Source: a virus (lineage: Duplodnaviria; Caudoviricetes). From it: a DNA stretch of 64,000 bases. The notes beneath the pieces were generated by a model that was given only the letters and a program-made list of their open reading frames with translations, was not told the origin of the DNA and searched no databases. The stretch lies in IMG/VR virus record IMGVR_UViG_3300044796_000401; one strand, given 5' to 3'. A program made the position numbers and the translations under genes. Below are positions 63,355-64,000 of this stretch, in pieces (position 1 is the first letter of the stretch; each line of letters starts with the position of its first letter).

Positions 63355-63600
63355 TTAGTGCGTCGGCACTCCGTGTTGTTCCATGCACCGGACGCAGATC
63401 GCCGCGATCTTGCGCACGACGGCGAGCTTTGCCCTCGGATCATTGGGCGAGGTGGCCGTCTCATCCAGAACCATGCTGTACTGGCGGATGTGGGTGGCGA
63501 ACGCATCAATCTCGTGCGGGTTGCCCCCGAACTTGAGGTCCTGATAGTCCCGTTCGCTGTCAATGGCGGCGTATACAGCGTCTCTAGTGACTTTGTCCAT
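63355..63600 (-). CDS. Hypothetical phage protein
   Basis: R..VYAAIDSERDYQD.K...LAVVRKIAA.CVRCMEQHG; AAGGAG RBS. Confidence 0.75.
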   Translation of the reverse strand: MDKVTRDAVYAAIDSERDYQDLKFGGNPHEIDAFATHIRQYSMVLDETATSPNDPRAKLAVVRKIAAICVRCMEQHGVPTH

Positions 63601-63610
63601 TTGCGGCTCC

Positions 63611-64000
63611 TTATTCTTCGAGGAAAATCGGTGTGGACATCGTTTTCGCGTTCCAACGTTTGTTCACGAGAAAAAACGCTTGGGTGGGTGGCTCAAAGCT
63701 GGCTTTGATGCTCACGGCGAAATCATTGTAGCCGATAAGCGATCCGTTGCATATGAAGTTTCCGGTGTTGATGTACTGGTGGTAGTGCCCGAATACGTCG
63801 AGGTTCACGTCGCGGACGGCTTGGTTCCAGTTGGCGATTGCCCTGTTCGCCGGGATCGTGATGCCGCCTATGCCCCCGCTGTACCTAATGGCGTGCCCGT
63901 GGTGCCAGCGGATGACGTAGCTGTCGTCAAACAAGCGGGTGAATGTGTGGTAGCCTTCGCCGATCTGCCACTGGATGCGCTTCTCGCCGTCGAAGTAGCG
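63611..64000 (-). CDS. Metallophosphoesterase, 3' part (partial, runs off window end)
   Basis: RWHHGH, FGHYHQ, NGSLIGY.DFA. Confidence 0.8.
   Translation of the reverse strand, partial: RYFDGEKRIQWQIGEGYHTFTRLFDDSYVIRWHHGHAIRYSGGIGGITIPANRAIANWNQAVRDVNLDVFGHYHQYINTGNFICNGSLIGYNDFAVSIKASFEPPTQAFFLVNKRWNAKTMSTPIFLEE

Noticed and set aside
1-64000. Stop-codon reassignment as in some huge phages
   Set aside because: Conserved genes end normally at TAG (clpP, cas8c), TAA and TGA; long genes are uninterrupted in code 11

Overview
This window looks like 64 kb of a large (jumbo/huge) bacteriophage genome. It is gene-dense, almost all on the + strand, uses the standard genetic code, and contains no virion structural genes. 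It carries two tRNA arrays (18 intact tRNAs plus one tRNA-like fragment), many free-standing homing endonucleases (GIY-YIG, HNH, EndoVII), an intein-containing nucleotidyltransferase and two IS200/IS605 derivatives. It also has an EcoRI-family MTase/DUF262-HNH cassette, a minimal type I-C-like CRISPR-Cas locus (cas3-cas5-cas8c-cas7, array, broken cas4), translation/RNA-repair genes (Pth2, RNA ligase) and host-like ClpP and Clp AAA+ genes. Several secreted proteins and the Clp genes look Acidobacteriota-like to me; that host guess is inference only. Three observations stand out. (1) A stand-alone Cas7/RAMP-like gene (40848-41423) is followed by a 7-unit array whose variable parts are 13-16 in-phase pentamers GAY-NN between conserved UUCG-hairpin blocks; this is a candidate RNA-guided system with a non-contiguous guide code. 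(2) Both tRNA arrays are preceded by promoter, short leader ORF, antiterminator and intrinsic terminator, and each leader ORF contains a codon for every tRNA species directly downstream; these are candidate ribosome-stalling attenuators that would switch on phage tRNA synthesis when those tRNAs are depleted. (3) An IS605 shell has its tnpB core replaced by an endonuclease VII gene and sits inside a GIY-YIG gene. All calls were made by eye, without database searches or folding software.
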